From positions 4,464,001-4,528,000 of the forward strand of contig CM022669.1 in NCBI GenBank assembly GCA_012295275.1: a stretch of 64,000 bases of DNA, read 5' to 3'. This DNA comes from Chrysomallon squamiferum (taxonomy: Eukaryota; Animalia; Mollusca). The notes beneath the pieces are model-generated. The model searched no databases. It was given only the letters and a program-made list of their open reading frames with translations, and had not been told where the DNA came from. Of this stretch, positions 1 through 53,851 are shown one piece after another; position 1 is the first letter of the stretch; the number at the start of each line of letters is the position of its first letter. The position numbers were made by a program, and so were the translations under genes.

Positions 1-37
<37 letters not shown>

Positions 38-610
38 ATTTTTCTTTTTTGTGTGTACATATGTTCTTATTTGTTTTTCTTTCTGTGTATATGTCCTCTT
101 TTTTTCTATATATATGTGTGTGTGTGTGTGTTTCTTTGTTTATATGTGTGTATACGTACGTGTGTTTCTGTTTCTTTCTGTTTCAGATAAGTGTATGTAT
201 GTTTCTTTGTGTAGGTACGTGTATGGATTGTTTTTTTTAGTTTTGTTTTTATCAGATGTGTATATCTGTAGATATGTGTGTTTCTTTATGTAGATGTGCG
301 TGTTAATTTGTGTCCATGTGTGTACACTGTATGTAAGTGCTTTTTTGTGTAGGTGTGTGTTTCTTTACGTAGATCAATGTGCATGTGTATTTCTTTTGTG
401 TTGTTTCTTTGTGTTGTTTCTTATGTATATGTGTTTATTTGTGTCCGAGTGTGTATCTTTGTGTAAGCGTGTCTACGTTTCTGTATATGCTTGTTCATAT
501 ATGTGTTTGTGTACATGGGTGGGTGTGCATTTCTTTGTAGCATTCCTATCTGTACGTGTATTCTTGTTTTTTGTGTGTATGTGTTTCTTTTTCTTTCTCT
601 ATGTTTCTAT
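1..610. repeat. Degenerate (TG)n/TG-rich low-complexity region
   Basis: Perfect (TG)17 followed by degenerate TG/T-rich sequence; source of spurious CV-rich ORFs. Confidence 0.85.
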
Positions 611-622
611 GATCATTACGTT

Positions 623-669
<47 letters not shown>

Positions 670-1285
670 TAAAAAAATAATGAAAAAGAAATAAGAAAAG
701 AAGACCAAATTAAAATAAAAAAATTAAAATATACGTATTTCTTTTGAAGTAATTGATTCGAATTATTTCATTCAACCAATGTTTTTATTTATTTATTTAC
801 TTATTTATTTATTTATTAATTAATTACTGTTGCTGTTATTGTTGTTAATTGGTTATGTTACAATAGTAGTAGTATGGTAATAATAGTAATACTAATAATA
901 TTAATGTTAGTGTAATAGTTGTAGTAGTAGTAACATTTGTAGTAATAGCAGTAGTGTCTTTAGTAGTAGTACTAGTAGAAGTAGTAGTGGCAGTAGTAAT
1001 AGTAATATAAAATTTGTTCGTCATCATCATCATCATTTATTTATTCATTCATTCATAAATTCAGGTATAACAGCACGAGTACGTTATAAAATATATAGTA
1101 TAACAAACTTTAATCAAAATACAAATACCTTAAGACTTAAATGTTAAATGAGTATTTATAAACATATTTTAAACGTATGTTCCAGTTTTTGTCATAGTTA
1201 TATGCACCTTTCGTTTACAAACGATCGTTAACGGACTATTTTGGTGCTCTAGCTTAGAAGAGGAATGTCATAAAGTAAAATAACA

Positions 1286-1378
1286 ATGTCAGCCACCACA
1301 CCACATATGAAAGATTTGATGAAGAAAAAGAATGAAATAGAATCCAGTATCAAAGAGTTACATGAATTACTCGATTCA
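1286..1378 (+). CDS. PSMD9: PSMD9 exon 1 (MSATTPHMKDLMKKKNEIESSIKELHELLDS)
   Basis: ATG at 1286, coiled-coil-like N-terminus, GT donor at 1379, phase 0. Confidence 0.88.
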
Positions 1379-4300
1379 GTAGGAAACACACATATTTATA
1401 ATTTTGCTTTTGGTCATGTAATTTTATATACATAATATATTATAATTCGTATTTGCATATTCATCGTGATAAATCAAGATTCAAATCATTATGATTATGA
1501 TTATGATGATTAATATTATTTAATCATTCGATTCATTGCAAACATAAATTGACATAATGTTATTTAGTTTTCAGTCCCCTATACAATTTTAGAAACTGTT
1601 ACTGTCATTAATGTGTTAAATTACCAATTTGATTTTAAAAATCATATAAATTAGTGTTCTGCTATTTGACAAATCATAATTACATAAATCGACAAATCAT
1701 AGCCTAGTTGGTCTGATGAAATCAAGATCAATGGAAATATTGTTAATAATCTTTTGTTGAAACAAGTTATATATATATATAAATAATTCTACATATTTTA
1801 AGATAATTTATTTAAATAGGGATTTTTTATTCGTTTGAATATGTGAACAAGGGAACATGAAAACTTTAAAACAAGTTAGAATTTGTTACAAAAATGTTCA
1901 CAAATGATTTTTAAAAAACAAAGACAATTACTGAATTAATACTGATTAATAAAATAATGTGCTTAATTACCCAACCATCATATAATTATTATTATTACTA
2001 TTATTTTTTTATTTTTTTTTTTTTCAATGAAATGATAATTTTAAATTATTTATTTACAGCAAAAAGGTGTTGGAACAGATGGAATTCTGGTTGATGCAGA
2101 GGGTTATCCCCGCTCAGACATTGATGTTTATTCTGTGCGACGTGCACGGCATCAACTTACTTGTAAACAAAAATTATTTTATCATTTCTCATTATCCTTA
2201 ATGACCTTTTACAAGAAGTTTAATGATATCTAATGGTATTTTTTATAAGTCTACCAGTACAATGATTATTGTTCTTTATTAGTTGTTAGTGATATGATTT
2301 GAAAATGGTAATGAAAGAAGAAAACTGTTTGATGGTGCATCATGGGAGGCTCTGTTATTAGTCATAGTTAATAAAAACATGGAGGAATTTTAAGTATAAG
2401 ATACTTACTTTAGGAGACAATTGTAGAAAATTTCCATTTCAATTCTGCAGCTAAAGGACTGGTTTTTCACATTTTATTTCTTATTCAGATATCTTTGAAG
2501 AGATATTGAGTAAACTGTTTTCATATGTGTAGAGAACATATATTACATAGTTTAATATGTGTTACCAGAATAATGTGAATGCTATAGATTTTAATGCTAT
2601 TGATATGTTTATTAAAATCCTACAGATTTTGATGCTTTGAAATGATATCTGAATGCTGCTGATATTAATGCTTTTGATACATTATCAAAATACTATATAT
2701 AATATTGTAATACTGTTTACATGTTACTGGAATGCTTCAGGTTTTAATGCTATTGATATTTTGCTAATAGAAATTAGAATGCTACAGATTATTATGTAAT
2801 TTCAAAATTAATAACAACAGCAATAACCAGTAATAAAAGAAATAATAATAATAGAAATATTAATAACAGAAATGATAATAATAACACAACAACATTAATA
2901 ATAAAGATAAAACATTTAATCTAACAGATTTGCTTTGTCTGCAGGTCTGCAGAATGACCACAAGGAACTGATGACAGAAATAGAAGAAGAACTTTATCGG
3001 ATTCATGCAGCAGCGAGACAAAAGCATGGAGGGGAGGAGGCAATGGATACAACTCCAGTCTGCAGTCAGGCAAAGCGAATTCCATTTGCAAAAATAGACC
3101 GAGTGGAACAAGGGTCTCCTGCTCAGCAAAGTGTGAGTTGTCATAGTAACCGAGGTAATATTAACTTGGTAGACTGACTTTGGTAATGTTGTGGTCAGGT
3201 TCTGGGGTATTATTTTGTTTTAGAATTTGTTGGAAATATGAAATATAAACTGTAATATAATGTGAATTAAAACAAATCAATCAAAAAAATCTCTCTCTCT
3301 CTCTCAAGAATTATTGTTTACCTATATTTCAGGGTTTACAAGTGGGTGATGAGGTTGTGTTATTTGGATCAATTTCTGTTGAAAACTTTGATAACCTTCA
3401 GACAATTGGCTCCCTGGTGATGCACAGTAAAGGAGTAAGTACATCAAGCATGTATCATCTAACACCCTGTAACGTAGTGCATTTATTTAGTGCTTTAAAA
3501 AATGCATTAAAACAGGCTTCAGACCCATCTGACAGCAGATCACTGGTAAAACAAATACATGAAAGTGAGTGCAGCATTGTTTTCTTCACTTAAATAGCAT
3601 ATTTATACATTTGGGTCATTCCATGTCAAATCACCCCACAAAAAAAAAAGTTGTTACCTGAGATATGAAGGTTCAAATGTTGGTGGTCACGCTGATTTTT
3701 GCCAAAAATCTCAAAATTTGGGGGGCCATATCTCCCACACCACTGATCCATTTGGCCTAAAATTTCAGATTTGGTGCTGTGGGATCTGAGTCAACAATTA
3801 TACCAAGTTTCATAAAAATCTGAGATGATCGGGTTTAACCCATTGGGTGATTTGACCCATATGTTAAATACTTGATTTACTATTACAATGCATTTAATGT
3901 TATTTAAATACAAATAGAAATAATAAAGCACCTAATTAGAACTATAATTCTGTGACTGTTCTGTCAAAGTCACTGGTACATTTTGTCTGTTTTTGACTAC
4001 TTGCATTTCAAGAGCCATTGATTCAAGTGAGTAAGACTGTTATTCATTTATTAAAAGTAGTTCAAATACAGCATTTGTTTTCTTTGCTCATATTTATATA
4101 TTTTTAAAATATCTGACACCTAATATTATTATTACAACACATTTAGTCACTGGAACAGAAATGTGCATTATTTAATAATTATTTGTTATTACAATATATT
4201 TTTTGTATTTTTCTTATAATTTAAAACTTTTATCATTTTGTATTACAGAGTCCTATGAGTGTAACTGTACTGAGAAACAGTCAGCAGATCAGACTCAGCC

Positions 4301-4675
4301 TTACCCCACAGACATGGAGTGGGAGGGGTTTGTTAGGGTAAGCACAGCTTTTATGACTTTGCTATTTAGTTCTAATTCATAGTGAATTGCTAACTGTTCT
4401 TTAGTTAGCTTGAACTGAAAAATGATTTTAAAAAAAAGATAAAAAATTGTACAGAGACTGTAATTCTGTTGATACAAATTATTTTGTAGAACTTACAATA
4501 TCACATTATTGTTTTCCTAACATGTGTCTAAATTAGAAAATTGTAAATATATTATTTTTAAGAGTAATACCACACACTTGTCTGCCATTTTTTATTTTAA
4601 TGATTTCAAGTATATATTTTTATTTTTTTTTTTTATTTTTTTGGCAGCTGCAACATTGTTCCCTTAAAAAGATGA
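1286..4675 (+). CDS. PSMD9: 26S proteasome non-ATPase regulatory subunit 9 (p27/Nas2), 6 coding exons, 200 aa
   Basis: Exons 1286-1378, 2060-2162, 2945-3132, 3333-3434, 4249-4337, 4648-4675 join with GT-AG boundaries and consistent phase (603 nt). Protein has the Nas2_N motif [31 protein letters not shown], a PDZ-like region (PFAKIDRVEQGSPAQQSGLQVGDEVVLFGS) and the diagnostic C-terminal LTPQTWSGRGLLGCNIVP. Confidence 0.97.
1615..1772 (+). repeat. ~158-bp dispersed repeat, copy A (inverted relative to 5745-5903)
   Basis: gttaaattaccaatttgatt...aattagtgttctgctatttgac...ggtctgatgaaatc...cttttgttgaaacaagttatat is the reverse complement of 5745-5903 with scattered mismatches. Confidence 0.9.
2060..2162 (+). 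CDS. PSMD9: PSMD9 exon 2 ([34 protein letters not shown])
   Basis: tttacag acceptor; conserved GYPRSDID motif; donor gtaaac. Confidence 0.95.
2577..2800. repeat. Highly degenerate ~40-50-bp tandem repeat (gaatgctayagattttaatgctattgatat) in PSMD9 intron 2
   Basis: About five recognisable copies. Confidence 0.6.
2945..3132 (+). CDS. PSMD9: PSMD9 exon 3
   Basis: ctgcag acceptor, CLQNDHKELM...GSPAQQS, donor gtgagt. Confidence 0.95.
3333..3434 (+). CDS. PSMD9: PSMD9 exon 4
   Basis: tttcag acceptor, GLQVGDEVVLFGSI...HSKG, donor gtaagt. Confidence 0.95.
3613..3858. mobile_element. Non-autonomous TIR element (MITE) in PSMD9 intron 4
   Basis: Left end gggtcattccatgtcaaatcaccc; right end gggtgatttgaccc is its reverse complement lacking 10 bp between gtca microhomologies; higher GC than flanks. 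Confidence 0.7.
4249..4337 (+). CDS. PSMD9: PSMD9 exon 5
   Basis: ttacag acceptor, SPMSVTVLR...LTPQTWSGRGLLG, donor gtaagc. Confidence 0.95.
4648..4675 (+). CDS. PSMD9: PSMD9 exon 6 (CNIVPLKR*)
   Basis: poly-T tract + ggcag acceptor, phase matches exon 5, TGA at 4673-4675. Confidence 0.93.
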
Positions 4676-5007
4676 ATCCTGGAAATTGATGAAAGTACAG
4701 ACACATGTACATAAAACAAACCTCCCTGTGCTTGCTTCAACTTGTTTTATTAGCTGTGTTTAAGTGATCATCTGTAACAGATTATGCAATTACAGATATC
4801 AATTTTCTGGATTTTATTAAAGTGATGCCTAAGGCAGACTGTTATATGCACAAGAATGTACAGGAAGGAACAACATTTTGCATGTTGTTAATATTGCAAA
4901 TGGCTGTAAACAACACACTCAGCACATACTTTGGAGATTGGTGCAGCAACAGCAACAACAGTGATTTATTTTTGTTAAACTTTTAATTATTATTTCATTT
5001 TGTTAAA

Positions 5008-5032
5008 AATAAAACAAATGCTAATTAATAAA
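5008..5032 (+). terminator. Candidate PSMD9 polyadenylation signals (AATAAA at 5008 and 5027)
   Basis: Two AATAAA hexamers ~340 nt after the stop followed by T/GT-rich sequence; chance occurrence is plausible in such AT-rich DNA. Confidence 0.4.
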
Positions 5033-5311
5033 ATGTTTTACAAAGAATTTTCATAATTGTTCTCTTTTTTATAGCTGTTCAGAAAAATTTTAGTTTTCAA
5101 CACAACTTTAATTTTAAACGTGACACAATAATAATAATCTGTAAAAACATGTCTGACATTTAATGATTATGCCACTTGAACCATATGATATCAATATTAT
5201 GTAAAATGTATAGAATCTTAAGGTTTATTTTCCATTTCTGGAAAAGTCTTCAGTTTTGTAGTCCTTAAAAATACTTAAACATCACATTCTGATGATTTAC
5301 CACATCATTAT

Positions 5312-5343
<32 letters not shown>

Positions 5344-5744
5344 TTTAAAATCATATATTACCCCAGAAAAAGTAAATTTTTGTTTTAGGTAATTTTCTCT
5401 TATTAATTTCTTCAAGGTATTTAATTAATTTACATTATTGGTGGATATTTAGAGTGTTCAGTGAAATTTTAACTTTTAATGGAAAAACAATCAAAGGTTG
5501 AAATATTACCCAAATGTTTCTAGGATGTTTTCAGAGAAATTGAAATTAAACTTTAAATTAAACTTTCTGATAACATTCATAACAGGATCTTTCAAATTAC
5601 TTGAAATGAATCAACATGCTGTTTTCTAAATAATACATTTCCAATTTTAAACAACATAATTCTCTTAATAATTTTAAAAACAAAGTAACAAAAATTCCCT
5701 TTTAAACAAATTGTCTGAAAATATGTCAGAATTTTTTTATACAC

Positions 5745-5903
5745 ATATAACTTGTTTCAACAAAAGATTTCTAATAATATTTCCACTGATCTAGATTTCA
5801 TCAGACCAACCAGCCTATGATTTTGTCAATTTATGTAATTAAGATTAGTCAAATAGCAGAACACTAATTTATATACTTTTTATAATCAAACTGGTAATTT
5901 AAC
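5745..5903 (-). repeat. ~158-bp dispersed repeat, copy B
   Basis: Reverse complement of 1615-1772. Confidence 0.9.
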
Positions 5904-6071
5904 TCTAAACCACTAGTCAGAACATGGGTCATGAAGCAAATTCTTCATTTAATATTATTACTATTATGTAGCCCAACATAAAACTTCGAAAAAATAACAA
6001 ACAAAATAAACAACAACTAGTAAATAATAAACAACATCTGAAATCCAAAATGTACTAGTGTATTCCACCAT

Positions 6072-46767
<40,696 letters not shown>

Positions 46768-46784
46768 CTGAAAATAACAATAAC

Positions 46785-46819
<35 letters not shown>

Positions 46820-46938
46820 TAATAATAATACAATAATAATAACAATAATAATACTAATGATAATGATAATGATAATGTAAAAATTTAAAGATAAAGAAAC
46901 TTCAGAATTTCAAATGTAGGTCATTCTGACACAAAGAC

Positions 46939-47138
46939 CAGGGGTTTTCAAAAAGATGGAACAGGGGTCCAAGTACAAGACAGGGGTCCATGGACATTTT
47001 CAAATGGGCAGTTTGATTTTATATATGTTATTTCAAGCAAATATTTATTATAAATTTCATAAGCGTTTATAAAGGGGTCCCTAAGGTAAAGCCTGAAATA
47101 TAAAGGGGTCCGCAAGTCAAAAAGTTTGAAAACCCCTG
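46939..47138. mobile_element. hAT (Charlie-like) MITE, 200 bp
   Basis: TIRs caggggttttcaaa / tttgaaaacccctg, internal aggggtcc repeats, degenerate 8-bp flanks acaaagac / atttagac. Confidence 0.8.
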
Positions 47139-47827
47139 ATTTAGACAATCAAAATTATAACCTGCTTACATATTGATCTATAGCAGTGGTGAATTCAATG
47201 AATAAGAAACACAATTACCACATGATCCTGGTAATTAAAGACAGCCTCAGATCCAAAATCACCATTTCTCACTATATCCACTGTCACACAATGATTTTTA
47301 AAAATATTGTTGTCTATGTATTTTTATGTCTATGAGAAGGTACACACAAAATCTGTGTGTGATGTTGAAATGAGACAAGTAATTTGCTGTCATCACTCCA
47401 AGCTACACTCTGAACACTTAGCAGCAAAGGATCATTTATATAGACTTCCCATAAACAGGGAAACCATAGCCTTTAATACACAAGTCACAAAATACTGTCT
47501 GAAGCAAACAAAAGCCCAAAATACAAATTAATGAAAAAAAAAATTTAATAATTTACACTTTTTTCTTCTTTAATAATATATAACATATTTTGTAAAAACA
47601 AATGATGTATTTCTGAATTCCTGACTTCATTTTATGATAAAACAATAATAAAGATATTATTTAAATGAAATAAAAATATAAATAAAAAAATTCTACCCAC
47701 CAACCCATGATATATTTCTGAACACCACAAATCATTTTATGATAAAATAAGCAGAATTAAATATTATTTAAAAAAAGAAAAAAAAAAAACAGAACCCACT
47801 TCTCCAACCACCCATCATGTTACTTTA

Positions 47828-47860
<33 letters not shown>

Positions 47861-48318
47861 AAAAAGAAAAACAGCACACAGAGACTTTGTGAAATCTGAA
47901 TACTTTACATTTCAGAAACTGCAAGTTGTGACACAGTTAGCAAGAATGGTGCAATTTAGAAAATCATTATCTGTCTGTGTCCATTTATTACTATCAGAAA
48001 CTGAAATCACTGATGTTGCTCTTCAAGCAGTTGGAATTTTCTGCATGCCTCCAAGGCCTAATAGCAAGGAAGGAACATCTTTTTTTTCTGAGATGGTTAT
48101 TTTGTCAAGAGAGAGAAAGAAATTGCATTGTTGAATATGAATATCTCTTTGCTAATGAACATGTAGTTTTTTGTTCTTTTTGCAATTCTTTCTGCCTGTT
48201 TTGGTTTCTCTGTCTCTCTCTATGTATATTTTTTATTCTCTTCTTTTATTTATCTCTCCTGATATGAGTTTCTTTGCCGCTCTCTCGTCCTCTTTTTTCA
48301 TTCTTTCATTCCCTCCCT

Positions 48319-48359
<41 letters not shown>

Positions 48360-50830
48360 CCCTCTCTCTCATCCCCCCTCTCTCACCCCCTCTCTCCCTC
48401 CCTCCCTGTTATAATCACTCTCTTGCTTGTTTTCCATTTAGGCAGTTAATTTGTTTTGTCAATTTAATAAATCTGTGGTTTTATCTGATACCTATCTTTC
48501 CCAGACTCAGTGATGACAAACTGAACACTGAAGTTAATCATGCTAATGACATCTCTATCTATTCCATCCAAACCACTAAGAAGCATTCCTGAAAGAGGCA
48601 AGTTTAATAGTGGGTTCCAAAAGATCTCTCGGATTAAGAATTAAAAGAAATTCCTAAAATTAAACTTACAGTCTTAATAAACATTCATATTTCTTCTTTT
48701 CTAGATTTAGTTTTTCACAACTCATAGAAATTTAAATCAAACTATCTTTATTACATGAAAACTGTTTTTTTTTTATGTTTTTCACATATATATGTGGGAA
48801 GTGATTCAGAATATATGACAACAGTAAATAATGAAAGATAAAATTACCTGTTCAATCTGTACAGAAATAATTAAGATTTTAAAAACAACACCTTTCATAT
48901 TTATGATCAAAACAACTAAGGAAATAAAACAAATCAAGTGTACATTTACCACAGCCCAGCCATGAATAAAAAACACCCACACTGTTGATGAAAAGAATTT
49001 AAGAAAATTAACTAACATACTTGTACCAATACAAACACTTAAAATTATAGTCTTAAGCAACTTTCACACTGTACAATCTGATGTACCAATATTATCATGT
49101 GATTGACATCAAGCTTATAATGTATTATTGCAGTTGTAACTACTCTCTCTCTCTATTTCTTCCTCTCTCTCTTTCTTTTTCTCTCTCTCTCTCTCCCTTC
49201 TTCTTCCCTCCCCTCTCTTTTCCTCCCATTTTTTGCATACTGTAAACTGTCAACTCTTTCTTGACAGATTAAAGCAATTATTATGTCTGCTTCTCATTAA
49301 TATGTATTTGAACAATACAAAATTTCTTTTTTATATCTTATTTGTAAAATCTGAATCATTCAGTTAACCTCTCCACTGCTCAGGGTTGATATCATCATGT
49401 AGAGCAACAGTCTGAGCAATGGCAGAAGCAGAGGATATCCAGACACATCACTGGACTGATGAATGTGGGACATGACACAGCACAAATTATATTAGAATTA
49501 TATATCTCAATGTACTGAAACTGATAAAGTGACTAGTGAACAAACAGATGAAGTCAAAATCATTGAAAATACTCAGTAGATTAATGTTTAATGAGGCTAA
49601 TGTTCTGTTTGTTTCTTCTTGGTATGTCTGAAGGTAAGTTTAACTTAAGACATAAAAATCATAGGTTTAGAACAAATGAAAGAACTTGTTAACACCACCA
49701 TCTTGTCATTACAGTAGATTTAATTTTAGTGAAGAATAGAAGATTCCACAAGCCATTTTAGTTGGTACAAACATGTCACACAGTGTGGACATGCCTTTAG
49801 TCTGAGCATCACTTTGCAAAACACCACCAGTGAAGTTAAACAAATAAATTAAATTAAATTTAATTAAACTGGCTGGTTCACGCTTCTAAGTCTAGACAAA
49901 AGTTTATTTCAATATTTGTCAAAATTTACAGAAAGAAGGTCTTTTCACTATACTGTCTGACCTCTGAGGGTTTCTTCTCTGTTGTCTCCAACACATTTCA
50001 CTTGATAGCCATTTTGTAAAACACTCTCTACATCATCTCTCACTTCTCTTTATTCACTCTGCCCTTGTGTCAATTCACAAATTAACTAAATTAACCGCAA
50101 AGATGAGTGAGTGGCCTAAAGGACTTCGAACAATACTTGAAATAGAGCTCTGAATTATTTCTGTTTGACAATAAATACTTTGTGTATTAATTTAGCAAAA
50201 CTAGCAGCTTATTTTCTTTCTCAGTCGGTCAGAAAAATATTTCTTCACTTGTATATTCTCCATTTTCAAATTTTTGTTTTATTTTGTAATTGCTGTAGTT
50301 TGTTGTTTGTGTGTGTTGTATGTGTGTGTTTGTGTTTGTGTTTGTATTTATGAATGAATAAAATGCCTGTACCAACAAACAATTTTTTTTTTATCATAAT
50401 TTAATGTTCTTTATATAATTGTTCTGTAAAAAGATTACATTTTGTTCTTAACTGTTTCCATTGTTTTCTCCTTTAGTACATTTCATGACAAATAAAAATA
50501 TAATTCTTGACATGAAAAATTATAAATATTAAAACTAAAATAAAAATATTATTCACATCTCAACAGGTAAATGTTAAATAGATATTTTTATAAAAACAAT
50601 TTTTTTATTTTGCTTTTTCAATTTTTTAATGTAACTGAAAAAAGCATAGATAAGGAATTTCTATACTGGTTTCATAAACTTTTCACACTTAGATTTTCTA
50701 CACCAATTAACAACTCCAATACAAAATACAGAACAAAATAAAATATATTTTTATTACTGAATGAATGCTTATTTTTAATTTTAACTTTTCTTCTTTTCTT
50801 CTTTTTTTATTTTTATAATTTTTCTTATAT

Positions 50831-50865
<35 letters not shown>

Positions 50866-51865
50866 AAACATTCATTCTCTCTTTCTTTCTTTCTTTCCTT
50901 TGTAAGAAATGTCTTTCGGCATCCTCTGACTGTTTTTTTTTCATTTTTTCTCCCCCACCTACTGATGCTAAAAACATGTTTACATGATTTTCAAAATCCT
51001 GCTAACATGACATCAGAGTAATCTCACAAAAATGCTCATTTACTTATTAACCACATTAAAAAAAAAAAAATCCCCTCTGAACCACACCAAAAAAAAAATA
51101 CCATATATTATTTCCTTAATAATCTTCTTTCACATCAAAATTTAAAAAAAAAATATTCTCCTTTTTTAGCTGAAATGTTTTTCCTGATGTTTCAAACAAA
51201 AATCTGTTGGCTTGCAATAAGTAAAAAAAAAAAAAAATTGAATCCCTCAAATCCAGGCCTTGCTCACACAACCCACTCACATTTTCCTAAGTGGCACCTT
51301 AATCAAAAGAAATATGGCTGTTGGCTTCAAAGGTCAGTGCTCAATTGTATCGGGGACATATCTGAATAATCCAGACACAGAGTGAGCGTTTTAAAACATA
51401 CATGGTTCCTAGAAAAGAAATATTACATCACAGCAGGCAGTTTAATCAGGGCTGAGAACAATCTGAGCAATAAAACATGTCTTTATGGACGTACGGACAG
51501 ATGGATTATTGGATGGGAAGAAAAACAAGATGGTCCACTTTGCTTCTGAAAAACGAGTGTAAAAGATTATATGTAATACCTAGATTGTTAAAAAATAGTT
51601 TCTAGATTGTTTTTAATACAAAAACTATTAAAAATAGTTTTTAAATTGTAATATAAAGATGGATGAAAAATAGTTTCAAGATTATGTATAATCTATGTAT
51701 GTGTGTGTGTGTGTGTTGTGTGTGTGTGTGTTGGTGTGTGTTACTGGCAATATATAAAATCAGGCAGTCTGTCAATTTTTTTATTTCAGAAAAATTATCT
51801 TCAAAGTCAACATGTCAGCTACTTGGAACATTTAGGCAATCTACAGATTCAGGCATTCTCTAGAT

Positions 51866-51919
<54 letters not shown>

Positions 51920-52041
51920 ATATACAGTTTATTTCCAGATATCTGCTCAGTATTAAAATATAATGAATTGGAAGAGTTGATACATGAAAAGAAAGGAAAA
52001 TGATTCCATTAAGTACATTTTAAGTACATATATATATATAT

Positions 52042-52678
52042 AACTTGCAAGTCAAGGTACCACTGTATATATATATATATATATACAGTGGTACCTTGAC
52101 TTACAAGTTTAATTTGTTCCATGACTGAGCTCGTAACTCAATTTGCTAGTATATCAAATCAATTTTCACAAATAAAATTAATTGAAATTCCGTTTATCCA
52201 GTCCCCCCAAAACCAAACCAATTTTTTTGTAACATGTTTTTAAATAAGAAAAATGTATGTATAAATGACAAATATTGTATAAAAACAAAATAAAAGAGAA
52301 TATAAAGAAATAAATTGGTTTTGTAAAATGTACAGGGTTAGGATTTCTCCATCTTTTCATGGACAGAGGTCCATAGCATAGAAATTATTTTTACACCTTT
52401 GGCTGGAGTTACAGCACTTATCAACTCCTTCTGCTTCAGTTTGGTACATATCATAAAAGTACTATGCTTGTACTGCCTAAACATGTTGACTACACGCAAA
52501 CCTTGCTCATGTTTTTCTCTGATTTCATGCTTTAGGTTTGCTTGTAGTCAACATGTTTAGGCAGTACGAGCATAATACTTTTATGATATGTACCATACTG
52601 AAGTTGAAGGAGTTGATAAAGGCTTTAACTCCAGCCAAAGGTGTTAAAATAATTTCTATGTTATGGATCTCTGTCCAT
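52042..52678 (-). mobile_element. Rearranged copy of the Tigger/pogo-like element seen at 18603-19351, with fold-back inversions
   Basis: 52086 onward is the reverse complement of the right end of the 18603 element; includes transposase HTH fragment (MFRQYEHNTFMICTILKLKELIKALTPAKGVKII). Confidence 0.85.
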
Positions 52679-52701
52679 ATATATATATATATATATATAT
52701 A

Positions 52702-53287
52702 CCATATATACTTGTGTACAAGGCGACCTTATGTATAAGTCAATGTATATTTTAAGACCAAAAATTGCGTCATTTTAGGTATTACTTGTGTATAAGTCGA
52801 CTGTAGATTCCAGGCACTGTCACTATTTTTAGACCAGTGTGACAGTGCCATGAAGGCCTACATTGTACACCTACTGTAACATAACTTGCATGAGCTGTAA
52901 CTTGCACTAACATACCATAATAACGTAAATGCATGTATTACAGAAGCTATAGCCTAAATCATTGCAAGATGCAGTAAGGCATAATGCCATACTGACGGTT
53001 TTCTCGTTTTAAAATGTATTTTTATGTCATTAAATGGAAGAATATCATGTTTTATATTCATATTTGGTTTTGTTATTTAATTTTTCAAAATTTTTTAAAC
53101 AATAAAATTATATTTTTGAAAAGCTGAAAGACCGCGATTATTTTAGATGCATCCTGTAGCAAAAAATAGTCAAAATGGCGACTCTTCAGCAACAGCTACA
53201 AAAGCATTACCTATGTATAAGTCGACCCCCAAAATATTACCTTAATATAGTCTCCCAAAAATTCAACTTATACACAAGTATATATGG
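52702..53287. mobile_element. Second TA-targeting Tc1/mariner-superfamily (pogo/Tc2-like) non-autonomous element
   Basis: TIRs ccatatatacttgtgtayaag / cttatacacaagtatatatgg, TA on both sides, internal tgtataagtcga repeats. Confidence 0.82.
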
Positions 53288-53791
53288 TATATATATTTTC
53301 TCAAAACTTTATTCCCCCTTCCCTAAACTTTTACTACCCTAGGCCAGTTCCTAGAGATGATCAACAAAAGAGATTCCATAATTATCAATTTTCCATTGAA
53401 CTGAACAAATATTAACTAGAAGTGTGAAAATAAAGCCAATGGGTCTGCTGTTGATAATTGATCCAACAACCTCTGGTGCCTGAGGCAGGAATTGTACATC
53501 ACCAAGTATAGTGTTAGGCTAGAGATGTTAATGTCCTAGTGAAGTAAAATCTTCAAAGGGAAAAACACAATTAGTTATAGTATCTGTTGTAACTAGCTAT
53601 TTTTGGATAAATATTATGTACAAAAAAGACTACTACTACTACTAATAATAATAATAACAATAATAAATTAAAATAGATAATAATAGTAATAATGATAATG
53701 ATGTTGATGATGATGACAACAATAATAACATAAATACCACTGCCACTAATAATAATGATACTGATGATGATAAATGAAATTATTATTGTTG

Positions 53792-53851
<60 letters not shown>

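Noticed and set aside
47817-48134. 105-aa + strand ORF as a nested gene
   Set aside because: Starts in a poly-A run, no recognisable domain, no supporting partner exons.
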